This document shows positions 13,980-27,149 of a stretch of 64,000 nt of DNA, piece by piece. The stretch comes from Mytilus edulis (Eukaryota): assembly GCF_963676685.1 (NCBI RefSeq), contig NC_092355.1, forward strand, positions 56,358,001-56,422,000, in the 5' to 3' direction. Positions within the stretch are counted from its first letter, which is position 1, and every line of letters begins with the position of its first letter. The notes beneath the pieces are model-generated. The model ran no database searches. It was not told the origin of the DNA and saw only the letters and a list, made by a program, of their open reading frames with translations. The position numbers and the translations under genes are program-made.

Positions 13980-14335
13980 CATAGTTTAAATATATGCATT
14001 TATAGTGGTTTGGGAAACAAGTTGTACAATTCATATTGATCCCTTTTCACTTTGCGCGTGTGAGTGCTGCCTTGTAGCCTGCTTTTTATTGAAATCAACA
14101 AGGGTCTCTTTTACGTGAAAGAGATATGGCTCTCTATTTTAACACCGGAAAGTCATTTATCGTCCCCTTACTACAACTATCATCGTTTCCTCAAGATTAT
14201 ACTCGCAAATGTTGTCAAGGGAGAACCGAAAATCCAATCCCTGAAATATTCATCGCAGAACGGGAATCGAACCAGGAACGTTTGTGGTAGTAGTCCTATG
14301 CAACTATGACTACATCAAAGTCTAATTCGGAATAT
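13980..14335 (-). mobile_element. tRNA-derived SINE (Nin/Deu-domain-like), reverse copy
   Basis: Reverse-complement homolog of the SINE at 38664-39030, with B box GGTTCGATTCC on the minus strand near 14265. Confidence 0.75.
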
Positions 14336-15094
14336 TGATTCAAATCATACACATGCAATTCAATATATCTTTATTCCATGGTTGTTCAGAACAGATGCAC
14401 ATTCACGTATACTAGATGTTTTTTTTTAATCTAAATTATTAAATGTCATAAATGTTTCAAGTTAAGTCTTCTCCCCAACAGCACATAAACAATAGATCAA
14501 CTTTAGCTCAGGTCATTTAGTACACCATGTGTAGCATTAGGTAGGTTAATTAAATGATAGGTCTGGAGTATTTACTATTTCAGTCATCTTTAAAGTTACA
14601 TTTAACTTTGATATTCGAACAAATAATTCAAAAATGTATACACACTTTTACACAACTACGATTAATAAATATACATATTTTCTTAATGCATTACTTAATA
14701 AAGATGTGGTATGAATACCAATGAGACAAGTCTCCACAAGAGACCAAACATGACACAGAAATTAACAACTATAAGTCACCGTACGGTCTTCAACAATAGG
14801 CAAAGGCCATACCGAAATTTCAGTTATAAAAGGCCCCGAAATGACAATGTTAAACAATTCAAACGAGAAACAGTTTCATTTGGAACAAGGGCATACTATC
14901 AATATACTCTTTTTTGCCCCGGGCAATTTTGAGGTTATTGCATATGCAAAACCCAACGTATTCGTCACAAATATGTGATAAAACATTTTACACGAACAAG
15001 TTAGCACCATTGTGTTATTCTTGTTCATCAACATTAATTACAGAACTTTGTTTGCCATAATACCCACCAATGAACTTGAACACAAACACATATA

Positions 15095-18000
15095 TTAACA
15101 CATGACATTTTTCAATGACCGCTTTATTATTGCATGTAGAGACGTAGTCTTAAACTATCAGACTATTGTTTCTAGAAATTAATGTAATAGTTATAGATAG
15201 ATAACTAAGACAAAACGAAGGATGGGTAAGTAGTGATTATTGTTAATGTCTTTGTCGGGTCAAACATTTGTTTAGACAAACAGTCAGAGATGTTGGACAT
15301 CGCGCACGATGATTCATTGACAAATTAATTTCACTTATTATTAACCATATGTACATTAACAACTCTAATGTCATTAAAGACAAAATTGTAATCCGGCCGT
15401 AAAACGTTTATTTCCCGGGGGACGTTAAAATTGTTATTTTGAATATATAATGAATACATTTGTAATATTCAATGCAGAAATTGTTCGATTCTGATTTTTA
15501 GACAAACAATCATTTGAAAGTTTCAGATGAACACTTAAACCTAACGAAACGTTACTAGCATTCAGAAAAAGAATTTAACATAAATCAAAACTGATTACGT
15601 AATACCCAGTACGACGGCAAATGTTCTTGTAGTACATAATTAATACCAGGTAATTTAGCGGAAACAGGTCTATTTCATCAACTTTCGTAAAAGTAGGTAA
15701 ATAATTCATGTATTGTTGTATAAAGTAATTTCATGCTGTGGTATGTTACATGGATTTACTATTTGACGTCAGTTTCGATAAAGACAACTTACAACATGTT
15801 AGGGGGACGTAGCTTTATGTCCGGTAGTGTAATACATATTAATCAACATGCTAGTATATGTATATAAAACAAATGACATAGTTGATGACAACTTTGTTAT
15901 TGCATGCAGAGTCTTAGACTCTTAAACTATAGTTTCCAGAAGCCAATGCAATACATTTATTATTCAGACAAAGCAAAAGACGGGTCTCTAGGGATTGCTG
16001 TGTCTGTGTTTATCGTTAATCAAATCAGGTGTGTCAGAGTTATTTATTGCGTACGATTACGTCTCCTTGACAATATGTGTCACTTTGAACTGAGAAGACA
16101 CATACTATTATTCGACGGAAATTAAACGGATTCTCGGGGGACGTTCAATTTGCTACTGTTTGTATATATAATGGCAGTTTTAAATGTGTTTTCTTGTGAA
16201 TCTTTTGCATTCGGCCTTCACAGTTTTTGTCAATTTATTCCCTTTTCACGAATGTGACATACTGAATTATCTATTTCCCTGAGTTGATCTTACATAAGCA
16301 ACACGACGGGTTCCACATATGGAACAGGATGATCTGCTTTCTCTTCCAAGCACTCGAGGTCACCCCCAGTTTATGGTGAAGTTCGTGTTGCTCAGTCTTT
16401 AGATTTTCTATGTTGTTTCTTGTGTACTAATATTTGTCTGTCTGTCTTTTTTTCATTTCTGCCATGGCGTTGACAGTTTATTTTCGATTGATGAGATTGA
16501 CCTTTCCTCTGGTATCTTTCGCCCCTCTTTTCGTCAGACAAACACCTATTTGTTTGTTTTGTATGAAAGCATTAATGAAACAATACACTACTTGTATTTC
16601 GAAAAACCAATATAGGTTGATTCAAAACAGTTATATTTTCTCTACAAAATTTCCTTCAAGTAAAAAATAAATTAACACATGACATTTTTCAATGACCGCT
16701 TTATTATTGCATGTAGAGACGTAGTCTTAAACTATCAGACTATTGTTCTAGAAATTAATGTAATAGTTATAGATACATAACTAAGACAAAACGAAGGATG
16801 GGTATGTAATGATTATTGTTAATGTCTTTGTCGGGTCAAACATTTGTTTAGACAAACAGTCAGAGATGTAAGACATCGCGCACGATGATTCATTGACAAA
16901 TTAATTTCACTTATTATTAACCATATGTACATAAACAACTCTAATTGCATTAAAGACAAAATTTTAATCCGGCCGTAATACGTTTATTACCCGGGGGACG
17001 TTGAAATTATATTTTGAATATATAATGAATACATTTGTAATATTCAATGCAGAAATTGTTAAATTCTGATTTTTAGACAAACAATCATTTGAAAGTTTCA
17101 GATGAACACTTAAACCTAACGAAACGTTACTAGCATTCAGAAAAATAATTTAACATAAATCAAAACTGATTACGTAATACCCAGTACGACGAAAATGTTC
17201 TTGTAGTAAATAATTAATACCAGGTAATTTAGCGGAATTAAGTCTATTTCATCAACTTTCGTAAAAGTAGGTAAATAATTCATGTATTGTTGTATAAAGT
17301 AATTTCATGCTGTGGTATGTTACATGGATTTACAATTTGACGTCAGTTTCGATAAAGACAACTTACAACATGTTAGGGGGACGTACCGTTATGTCTGGTA
17401 GTGTAATACATATTAATCAACATGTTACTACATGTATATAAAACAAATGACATAGTTGATGACAACTTTGTTATTGCATGCAGAGTCTTAGACTCTTAAA
17501 CTATAGTTTCCAGAAGCCAATGCAATACATTTATTATTCAGACAAAGCAAAAGACGGGTCTCTAGGGATTGCTGTGTCTGTGTTTATCGTTAATCAAATC
17601 AGGTGTGTCAGTGTTATTTATTGCGCACGAATACGTCTACTTGACAATATATGTCACTTTGAACTGAGAAGACACATACTATTATTCGACGGAAATTAAA
17701 CGGATTCTCGGGGGACGTTCAATTTGCTACTGTTTGTATATATAATGGCAGTTTTAAATGTGTTTTCTTGTGAATCTTTTGCATTCGGCCTTCACAGTTT
17801 TTGTCAATTTATTCCCTTTTCACGAATGTGACATACTGAATTATCTATTTCCCTGAGTTGATCTTACATAAGCAACACGACGGGTTCCACATATGGAACA
17901 GGATGATCTGCTTTCTCTTCAAAGCACTCGAGGTCACCTCCAGTTTATGGTGAAGTTCGTGTTGCTCAGTCTTTAGATTTTCTATGTTGTTTCTTGTGTA

Positions 18001-19855
18001 CTAATATTTGTCTGTCTGTCTTTTTTCATTTCTGCCATGGCGTTGACAGTTTATTTTCGATTGATGAGATTGACCTTTCCTCTGGTATCTTTCGCCCCTC
18101 TTTTCGTCAGACAAACACCTATTTGTTTGTTTTGTATGAAAGCATTAATGAAACAATACACTACTTGTATTTCGAAAAACCAATATAGGTTGATTCAAAA
18201 CAATTATATTTTCTCTACAAAATTTCCTTCAAGTAAAAAATAAAGTAACACATGACATTTTTCAATGACCGCTTTATTATTGCATGTAGAGACGTAGTCT
18301 TAAACTATCAGACTATTGTTTCTAGAAATTAATGTAATAGTTATAGATACATAACTAAGACAAAACGAAGGATGGGTATGTAATGATTATTGTTAATGTC
18401 TTTGTCGGGTCAAACATTTGTTTAGACAAACAGTCAGAGATGTAAGACATCGCGCACGATGATTCATTGACAAATTAATTTCACTTATTATTAACCATAT
18501 GTACATAAACAACTCTAATTTCATTAAAGACAAAATTTTAATCCGGCCGTAATACGTTTATTACCCGGGGGACGTTGAAATTATCTTTTGAATATATAAT
18601 GAATACATTTGTAATATTCAATGCAGAAATTGTTAAATTCTGATTTTTAGACAAACAATCATTTGAAAGTTTCAGATGAACACTTAAACCTAACGAAACG
18701 TTACTAGCATTCAGAAAAATAATTTAACATAAATCAAAACTGATTACGTAATACCCAGTACGACGAAAATGTTCTTGTAGTAAATAATTAATACCAGGTA
18801 ATTTAGCGGAATTAAGTCTATTTCATCAACTTTCGTAAAAGTAGGTAAATAATTCATGTATTGTTGTATAAAGTAATTTCATGCTGTGGTATGTTACATG
18901 GATTTACAATTTGACGTCAGTTTCGATAAAGACAACTTACAACATGTTAGGGGGAAGTACCTTTATGTCTGGTAGTGTAATACATATTAATCAACATGTT
19001 ACTACATGTATATAAAACAAATGACATAGTTGATGACAACTTTGTTATTGCATGCAGAGTCTTAGACTCTTAAACTATAGTTTCCAGAAGCCAATACAAT
19101 ACATTTATTATTCAGACAAAGCAAAATACGGGTCTCTAGGGATTGCTGTGTCTGTGTTTATCGTTAATCAAATCAGGTGTGTCAGCGTTATTTATTGCGC
19201 ACGATTACGTCTCCTTGACAATATATGTCACTTTGAACTGAGAAGACACAGACTATTATTTGACGGAAATTAAACGGATTCTCGGGGGACGTTCAATTTG
19301 CTACTGTTTGTATATTTACTGAATATGTGTTAATTTCCGACTGTTCTGATTGTTTTCCTAGCGGAATAATGGCAGTTTTAAATGTATTTTCTTGTGAATT
19401 GTTTGCATTCGGCCTTTACAGTTTTTGTCAGTTTATTCCCTTTTCACGAATGTGACATACCAAATTATCTATTTCCCTGATTTGATCTTATATAAGCAAC
19501 ACGACGGGTTCCACATATAAAACAGGTTAATCTGCTTCCCCTTCCAAGCACCCGAGGTCAACCCCAGTTTTTGGTGGAGTTCGTGTTGCTCAGTCTTTAG
19601 ATTTTCTATGTTGTTCCTTGTGTACTAATATTTGTCTGTCTGTCTTTTTTCATTTCTGCCATGGCGTTGTCAGTTTGAGATTGAATTTTCCTCTGGTATC
19701 TTTCGTCCCCCTTTTCGTCAGACAAACACCTGATTGTATGTTTTGTATGAAAGCATTAATGAAACAATACACTACTTGTATTTCGAAAAACCAATATAGG
19801 TTGATTCAAAACAGTTATGTTTTCTCGACAAAATTTCCTTCGAGTAAAAAATAAA
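15095..19855. repeat. Tandem triplication of a ~1.57-kb unit
   Basis: Units start at about 15095, 16672 and 18246 (TAACACATGACATTTTTCAATG). Homologous ORF starts at 15904, 17478 and 19052 are 1574 apart. Each unit contains a PLE tail fragment. Confidence 0.97.
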
Positions 19856-21424
19856 TACCGTTTAAATATTCTTCTTCGCACAATTTGGTAAAAGTAGTAA
19901 AGTTATGTGTATATTGTTATTAAAGTTGAACAAATTTCTATAATCATCGCATTGTACATGTAGTAATATGCGATTTTTTTTAATTTTTTTTTTTTTTAAT
20001 TTTCATTGTTACTGAATAAATAATTGCACATGCATTGATTGATCAATGGTGGATCATTGCACATTCATACATGTAGTTGAATTATTTAATCAATAAAGAA
20101 AATGCCTTCATTGAAATACTCGTCAACTGTGACGGTTCTGATACAGCCATTGTTTCTAAATATTCAGATTTGAACGTAACAGGTCAAAGTAAACGCCAAA
20201 AAAATAACGCTTCGGAGTCATCAAAAATATTACATTTTGTTTAATATTTATTTGTAAATGTTTGGTTATTGTTAAGAAAAATTTATTAGATTGATGTTTA
20301 TTTATTAATATAATAGAATTGAAATTTATATGTATTCTTCACAAGAAGCTTGGACTTGTTGAAGACAATGGAACAAGCAAGTGATGTAAAATAAAGGATT
20401 TTAAAAAAAAGCTGTCTGATTTCTATCTAAAAATAACTAACCACCGTTCTCTTCAAAACCAAAGGTTGCAAGCAATATTGCCGTGATGAATACGTTGTAG
20501 ATTCTAAAAAATCTGAAGATCTACTTCAAAATCGTTTTTGGTATTCTTTTTTCAAAAGGAAGCAGATGCAGTCAATATTGTTAGCATGGTTAGTTGAAAG
20601 CTAGTATTATGTTGCATTTTCAGTTTGTAATCGCGATTTGATTTCAATATTTGCAGTGACCGTTTTCTGAACTGTTATTTTTATACTTAAATGTTTAATT
20701 TACTATTGAAATAGTTATACTAAACTGTGGATTACCAAACATACAAAAGTCTACATTTTTCATGACATTGAAAGATTGAAACATCATAACCTCGTTTGGA
20801 TTTATGAACTACTCATTTACAAATGTAGGTTATATTACTTAGCGTTTATAACCTAATTTAATCTATCATATTTTCAAGTGTAAACAAAATTATAAAAAGA
20901 ACGGTTGATTCTAGATTAATGGGTTGCTATTGGCAAATTAAATGACTTAATAACAAGAACTAAGTAATTGATGGTACATCTTATACGTCATCAAAGTAGT
21001 TCTTTATACCCTCTGATACATATATTAACTCATTTATCCTACAAGACGACCAGAAATAAATTATACTAAAGGGCATGCGATGCGTATGCAGTATTGCAAG
21101 GCAGTAAATCGAAGTAATCTGTATAGGGTACCTTACAAATCTATATTAATACACTTTCCGAATAGCAGATACTGTTTTTATAAAGATTTGAAAATAAATC
21201 CGTACGATTGAACGTTATTGGGTATGTTTTTAATAAATGAATAATGACAATGCAATAATTTGTCAAGACTACACATACAAAATTATGATACGTTTTGTTC
21301 AAGACAATTTTTTCGAACTGAATTTAACAAAATAAGTTGTATTGTAAGACAACTGACTTACGAAAATAACTCCCCCACTTGTTTGGTTTCTAAAACAATA
21401 TATATAATTATATGACATGGAAAT

Positions 21425-21565
21425 GAACAGGGGTCAGCTGAAGGACACCTCCGGATGCGGGAGTTTCTTGCTGCATTGAAGATCCATTGGTGGACTTCTG
21501 CTGTTGTCTGCTCTATGGTCGGGTTGTTGTCTCTTTGACACATTCCCAATTTCCATTTTCAATGT
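21425..21565 (+). repeat. Fragment of a widespread invertebrate retroelement-associated repeat
   Basis: GC-richer block GCATTGAAGATCCATTGGTGGACTTCTGCTGTTGTCTGCTCTATGGTCGGGTTGTTGTCTCTTTGACACATTCCC, recognised from memory as a common dispersed repeat. Family not assigned. Confidence 0.55.
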
Positions 21566-22559
21566 TATGATAACTTTTATCTCAAACCATATCTTTACAT
21601 TGATATTGTTTGCGTCTCATACCAAAAGAAGAGAAATCAAGGATATGCTTAACTTGGATTTCTATTAGCTATTGAAGTCGTATATGAAAATAAAAATATG
21701 TTTAATGGGGCAATATATATTACCCTGTATTGAAGGGTAAACAACAAAGAGTCCGCACATTTAACAGTAATTCCTAAACTTCACCTAACTACATCCTTAC
21801 TAATGCTACAGTAGTTTATCAATGTAGATACACCTATTAGAGTTATTGAACAAATATTCAACAGTTGTTTCAGAGTCTGTGGAGAAGCCTTAACATTTAT
21901 CATCGTGAAGACTTATTGTCCTTACTGTTTTAAATTGCAAATAAATAATTCAATGTGTTCTACTTTCCGGTATTGCTAAAAGGCAATAAATAAGCAGCCT
22001 AAATAGTTCTATGGATGTGTAGCCTTGAATAGTGTTATAATCATACTGTGTTGCAGGCAATATACAATTCAATTATCTCTTCTAATTATGATATGTTAAC
22101 CAACCACAAATTCTTTAAATAAGTTATCCGACTTGAGATTGCAAATCTATTTTAGGATTATCTAAGGAGAATATTATTGTTGGTTTCCAAAACCGTATAT
22201 GATATTGAAATGAACTGATAACTTAAATCTAAAACCACAAAAAGAAAATAAATACTTTCTTTTCATCAACTCCATAACAATTTCTTGTTTATTCGATGCA
22301 AATGTATAAACAGGTTCTATCGGATTAGATTCATTTAGAATAGTGCTAATTTATATGGATGCAACATCAATCAATATTTATATGAAAAAAAAGTAAAATC
22401 ACAGAAGTACTGAAGTTTAACTGGGTTAAACCTGGTTTTACACCTAGCTAAACCGTTCACTTGTATGAAAGTCGCATCATATTCTATTAACAACGTTGTA
22501 TCAACAAAACAAACTTACATAATGAGTAACAACTTCAATATGCATAGCAAAACGTTTAG

Positions 22560-24620
22560 ATCTACAAGAAATGCAATATGGATTTACTTGATATATGCAT
22601 CAGGTGATATTTGAACATATATATTATAATTTTGAGATATTAAAAAGAAGATGAGGTATGATTGCCAATGAGACAAATCTCTACAAGACTCCAAATATAA
22701 TTTTAAGATATTAAAAAGAAGATGGGGTATGATTGCCAATGAGACAAATCTCTACAAGAGTCCAAATCACATAGGAATTAACAATTATGGGCCACCCACA
22801 CTTCATCCATGAACAAAACCAATACCACATAGTCGGTTATAAAATGCCCCGAAATAACAAATTTAAAACAATTGAAACGAGAAATCTAACGTCCTAATTT
22901 TGTAAAAAAAATAACGGAAAAAAATGTAACACATCAACAAACGACAACCACTGAATAACAGGCTCCTGACTTCGGACAAGCGCATTCATAATGATAACAA
23001 ACAGTAATAACTGCTCAATATTTCATATGTCTATGTGTTATGAGAAATGCTTTTAAAGGTAAATAAGCAAATCTGGAAGTTTACCTCCAAAGGAGTATGT
23101 TCGATAAGGTCCTAGAATGGCCCCCTTTCTTAGCGTAAATTTCAAATTCGGTTTTATTCACCAATATCACGATAAACTATAGCTAATACATTGACTAGAT
23201 AGGATATAAGCCATCTTGTTGAAAATTTACGTTTCTGCGTTTCATTATGACGTCACAAGTTGTACTCATATTGATTTTACACGAAAAAATCAATGAAAAT
23301 GTGTAAATTTCCATATATTATTGGACAGGAAACATAGAGCGCATACGTCGACAACAAATATCTTTTAAAATAATGTTTGTGAAGACACTTCACATGTCTT
23401 ATTTGAATATTAAGCTTGTCGACGCATGCGCTCTATGTTTCCTGGTCCTTTATTTGGTTGAATTTCAGCTGATTTTGTCAAATTTCACCAAAATCCCTTG
23501 TCTTAACCTTTGAAGGATGTAAAAATTAACGTGTTAGAATTTAACTTTGACAAAAACAGTTCTGTTCAACTTTTTCTCGTGTCTTTAAGGCAACTTAAAC
23601 ATTTATTGTCTTGTAACTATGAACTAATTTGGGTTAAATATGGCCCTTACAGAACTTACTCCTTTAATAGTCATAAAACAATCATCAACGCTTTTGAGCA
23701 ATTACCTAAACATTTTGATATGTATCTGTTTAACTTTATAATATCTTTTAAAACAACAGAAAAATGCTGAACAATGTTATGAGATTGAAAAGCATAGAAA
23801 AGAATATCCCCTTTTGTATTCTTTCATTTCATCAAACTTTACATTACTCGTTATGTTTTATGTATGTTATTAAAGATAACCATCACCAATACAATGAAGA
23901 AAGACGCTCTGAACTATATAACCTTGAAATCGAAAAACATAGTAAATTGTCGAAAAGTGAATTTATGAGTAGTTAATTTGAAAACCTTATTCAGAAAGAT
24001 TTAGATGAGTGTTCTAGAAATAAAAGACAAACGTATATATAGTTAATACAAAGTCAAGGTTCGGTCAGTAGAAAAAGTTGTTAATGTCTAATTGTTATAA
24101 AAATCTGCTAAGATAAACATTTTTAGGCGCTGAGAATTGCAAACGCTTTTGTTTTCTAATATATACGATGGTATGATTGAATGTAATCAGCAATACTTAA
24201 AACACTTTTCTGTAGGGTATAGTGGTTTGATTTTATTTTAGCAAAGTTCATTTACAGAACATGTAATGGTTATCACACAAACGAATATACAAAACAAAAA
24301 AATTGTTATTCCCAAGTGAATGCATACATGATATATTTTACTTAACCTGTACAAACAAGTTGCTTATAAACATTTCCATCTCTAATGTTAGGACGACAGC
24401 ACTCAAAAAGTGAATGCTTATTATTGTTTTTTTTTCTAGATCTTGACATTTTACAAAACCCAAAAAAAGAAGAAAAGTAATGTAAAAAGAATTAATCCCC
24501 TGATATAGGCGTCAATGGTTACGATAATAAATATAAAATCAAAATTTTGTTATACTCATATTAAACCAATATATTCTTGGAAATATTGCTGTTGATTGTA
24601 TTGAGTAGAATAGATTACTT
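22560..24620 (+). pseudogene. Highly decayed paralogous block, possible nSTAND-NTPase/ankyrin gene relic (copy A)
   Basis: Colinear homology, inverted, with 33200-33627, 37560-39320 and 41150-42560. Broken translations give ordered motifs ..FIMITN.., N..EQ/ER, IPF..F, SELYNL, KINIS/FRR, KH..VV.FYFSK. Confidence 0.35.
23092..23662. mobile_element. Spy-type MITE
   Basis: TIRs GGAGTATGTTCGATAAGG / CCCTTACAGAACTTACTCC, flanked by AAA on the left and TTT on the right, with no TSD. Confidence 0.8.
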
Positions 24621-26762
24621 TATAAACTATGCTGAAGTGTTCTTAGTGTGATAAATCAACAAATGACGTAGATTTCCAAAATGAAAACGACAAACCTAAA
24701 AAGTTAATCATGTGTTGACGTCTTTTAATGTCTTCAATAGTGAAGAGCCTCTCAAAAGGTAGCTATTTTTGTTTTGATCGTTAAGCTTTTAGTCGAGGCC
24801 TTTGATATCTGAACATATACATATTATATATCACAGTCAAAACGTACTAGCTTAGATTCAAACTTGCATAACAAATTTGTCATTAAAGTTTTCCTTTGAG
24901 ATACATTAACACAACACTGACCAGCCACTTTACCACATATTGAAATAAATTCATTTGTTTTTCCATTTCTCATAGAGATGACATAGGGAAACACTGACCA
25001 AACGCCTGCTTTTAAATCACATTTCAACTCTACTTTTTTTAATCTTTAATTAATGCAGTTCATGGTTTTGTATACCAGTAGAATAAATACTAAATACAAA
25101 CTTTTTAAAGAAAGGAATTGAACTTTATAAATATGACTTAAAACTACAGATGCACAAGTTTGTTTGATTTGAAAACAAATAAGATGACAGTTTACGCACA
25201 TCTTAATTTAATGCAGCTTTAATTATCTTAGCATCCTTGGAATATATAAATAAATTGTGAATATCCTGACAAATACAAGTGTTTTTCGCATCAGATGATT
25301 ACTGTTTAGAACAAATTATGGTTACCATAAATAACATACTTCATCGTGTTGCTCGTGTTATTACAAATCCGGTAAAAAGTCTAATTCGGTAGGTCACATT
25401 CATGAAAGAGAAGGGAGTTGTTGTTACGACGTAAGGAACATATCCAATATCATCGGTGAAACGGTTATTCAATAACCGTCAACCCGATCGTGACGGCGTC
25501 CGTAAAATTTACGAAAGAATGATTCATAGATTAAATGTTGAAGTAGTGAGCATTTCCACGTTAACGATATAACTGTTTGTATATCTCATAAGCAAGAGCA
25601 GCTGTTGAAATAATCTATTTGATTGACACCTGATTCTTTCAATTACCTTTTTCCTGCTGAAGGTTTTTATGATTTACTATATGTATGAAAATTAGAAGAT
25701 ATGTGCACTTTAAAAGTGCGAAGATGTAACCGTATACATGGTTCAAACTACAGAAAGGAAAGGATGTGCCATTCAAATTATTTCATTCGTACTACATTCC
25801 CATATGCGATTAACATATAATTGGTACCTTCCCTTGTATATATAATACTCTACCTAGTCATTTAAAAACTCGTATATATATGGTATTCACATACAAGTGA
25901 AGAGGAAACCGCAACGTAAAGATGATTTGTATTAGAGATGTCATTCACATATTTTTGGTTACTGTCATCATACATTGTACTGCGTGACAAAGTACTGCTA
26001 CTGTTTCCTATGACATTGCAGAGTGTGCTCGAATACGAACATTTTAGTTATTTTAGACTGCAATTTACTAAATATTAATACGTTTTCAACAAATTGAATG
26101 TAAAAAGTGAACAATCAAGAAAATAATAGAACAGATTAAATAATGTTTGGTGTGTCCATGAAAAAAATTCATTTCACTAAAACACTTTTTTAACTCTTCA
26201 TCAAACATTTTCATAATGGAAATATTATGTATGAAATACTTGATATTTAATATTTGATATTTTTTTTCGTTTATTTTGGTTATAAGTATGCCTTAGTTAA
26301 AGACGGGCAACAACTTCATTTGTACTAAAAGGACATTCAAACTCAGTAGAGGAAAACAAACTGACTACGCCCTGCCTAAAAAAGAAAAACAAAATCAACA
26401 GACAAACAAAAGGTTAACAAAATACGACGCATAAAAATGACCATTATGGACCCGTCCATTAAACGAAAGGGTGGTATTATTAGTAATTAACCACATTGTA
26501 AATACAACCTTAATGTCATTTAACCAACAGAAAACAATCTACTTCAAATTCAATTTTAACCAGTTTAGACTAATTCGAATATATATATTTAAATTTCACT
26601 TCCGCTTGTTTACAAGAAATTGACACTTTTGTAAAAAAACAAAACAGTATATTGCCGTTAAGAAAGTAGATTTGCAAATACAAGCACAAATAATGGAGCA
26701 ATAAAGACCAAAAAAAAAACAAACAAAATAATTATACGACGCATGTACCATCCTTAAACCAA

Positions 26763-26949
26763 TCAATTTGCCTTTTCAGAATTTGAAGGACTATGGGTAA
26801 TCTCATTGTTCGTACACCAAAATGAAAACAACGTTACGTCATTGGTTGCATTTCAATTGTTTGGAAAAATTTTAACCAATCACAACGGTTTGGTGTACGT
26901 TTGTGAAAATATTACCCAGAATGCATTAGATTCTGAAACGGCAAATTGA
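26763..26949. mobile_element. Short MITE
   Basis: TIRs TCAATTTGCCTTTTCAGAAT / ATTCTGAAACGGCAAATTGA. Confidence 0.7.
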
Positions 26950-27149
26950 CAAGTTAGACAATCGTTTTTTCACTGATTTCGTAAATATCTATTACAATTG
27001 TTTGTATATTATCAAATAAAACGGTTATATATTATTAGTTAAAAAAAAATGCAAATTAATTAATCAATCGTCTGTATTTCAATAGAAAACATTATTTGTA
27101 TGAATTTTCGAAATATTATCAATTATCTTCAATCTTGAAATAAACTTAA

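Noticed and set aside
15904-19273. Three-copy 73-aa gene family
   Set aside because: The similarity simply reflects the recent triplication. No domain is recognisable and the frame is not kept in the older homologs.
24824-25027. Cys-rich antimicrobial-peptide-like exon (CGKVAGQCC)
   Set aside because: No AG acceptor, and the cysteines are not kept in the paralog at 31780-32010.
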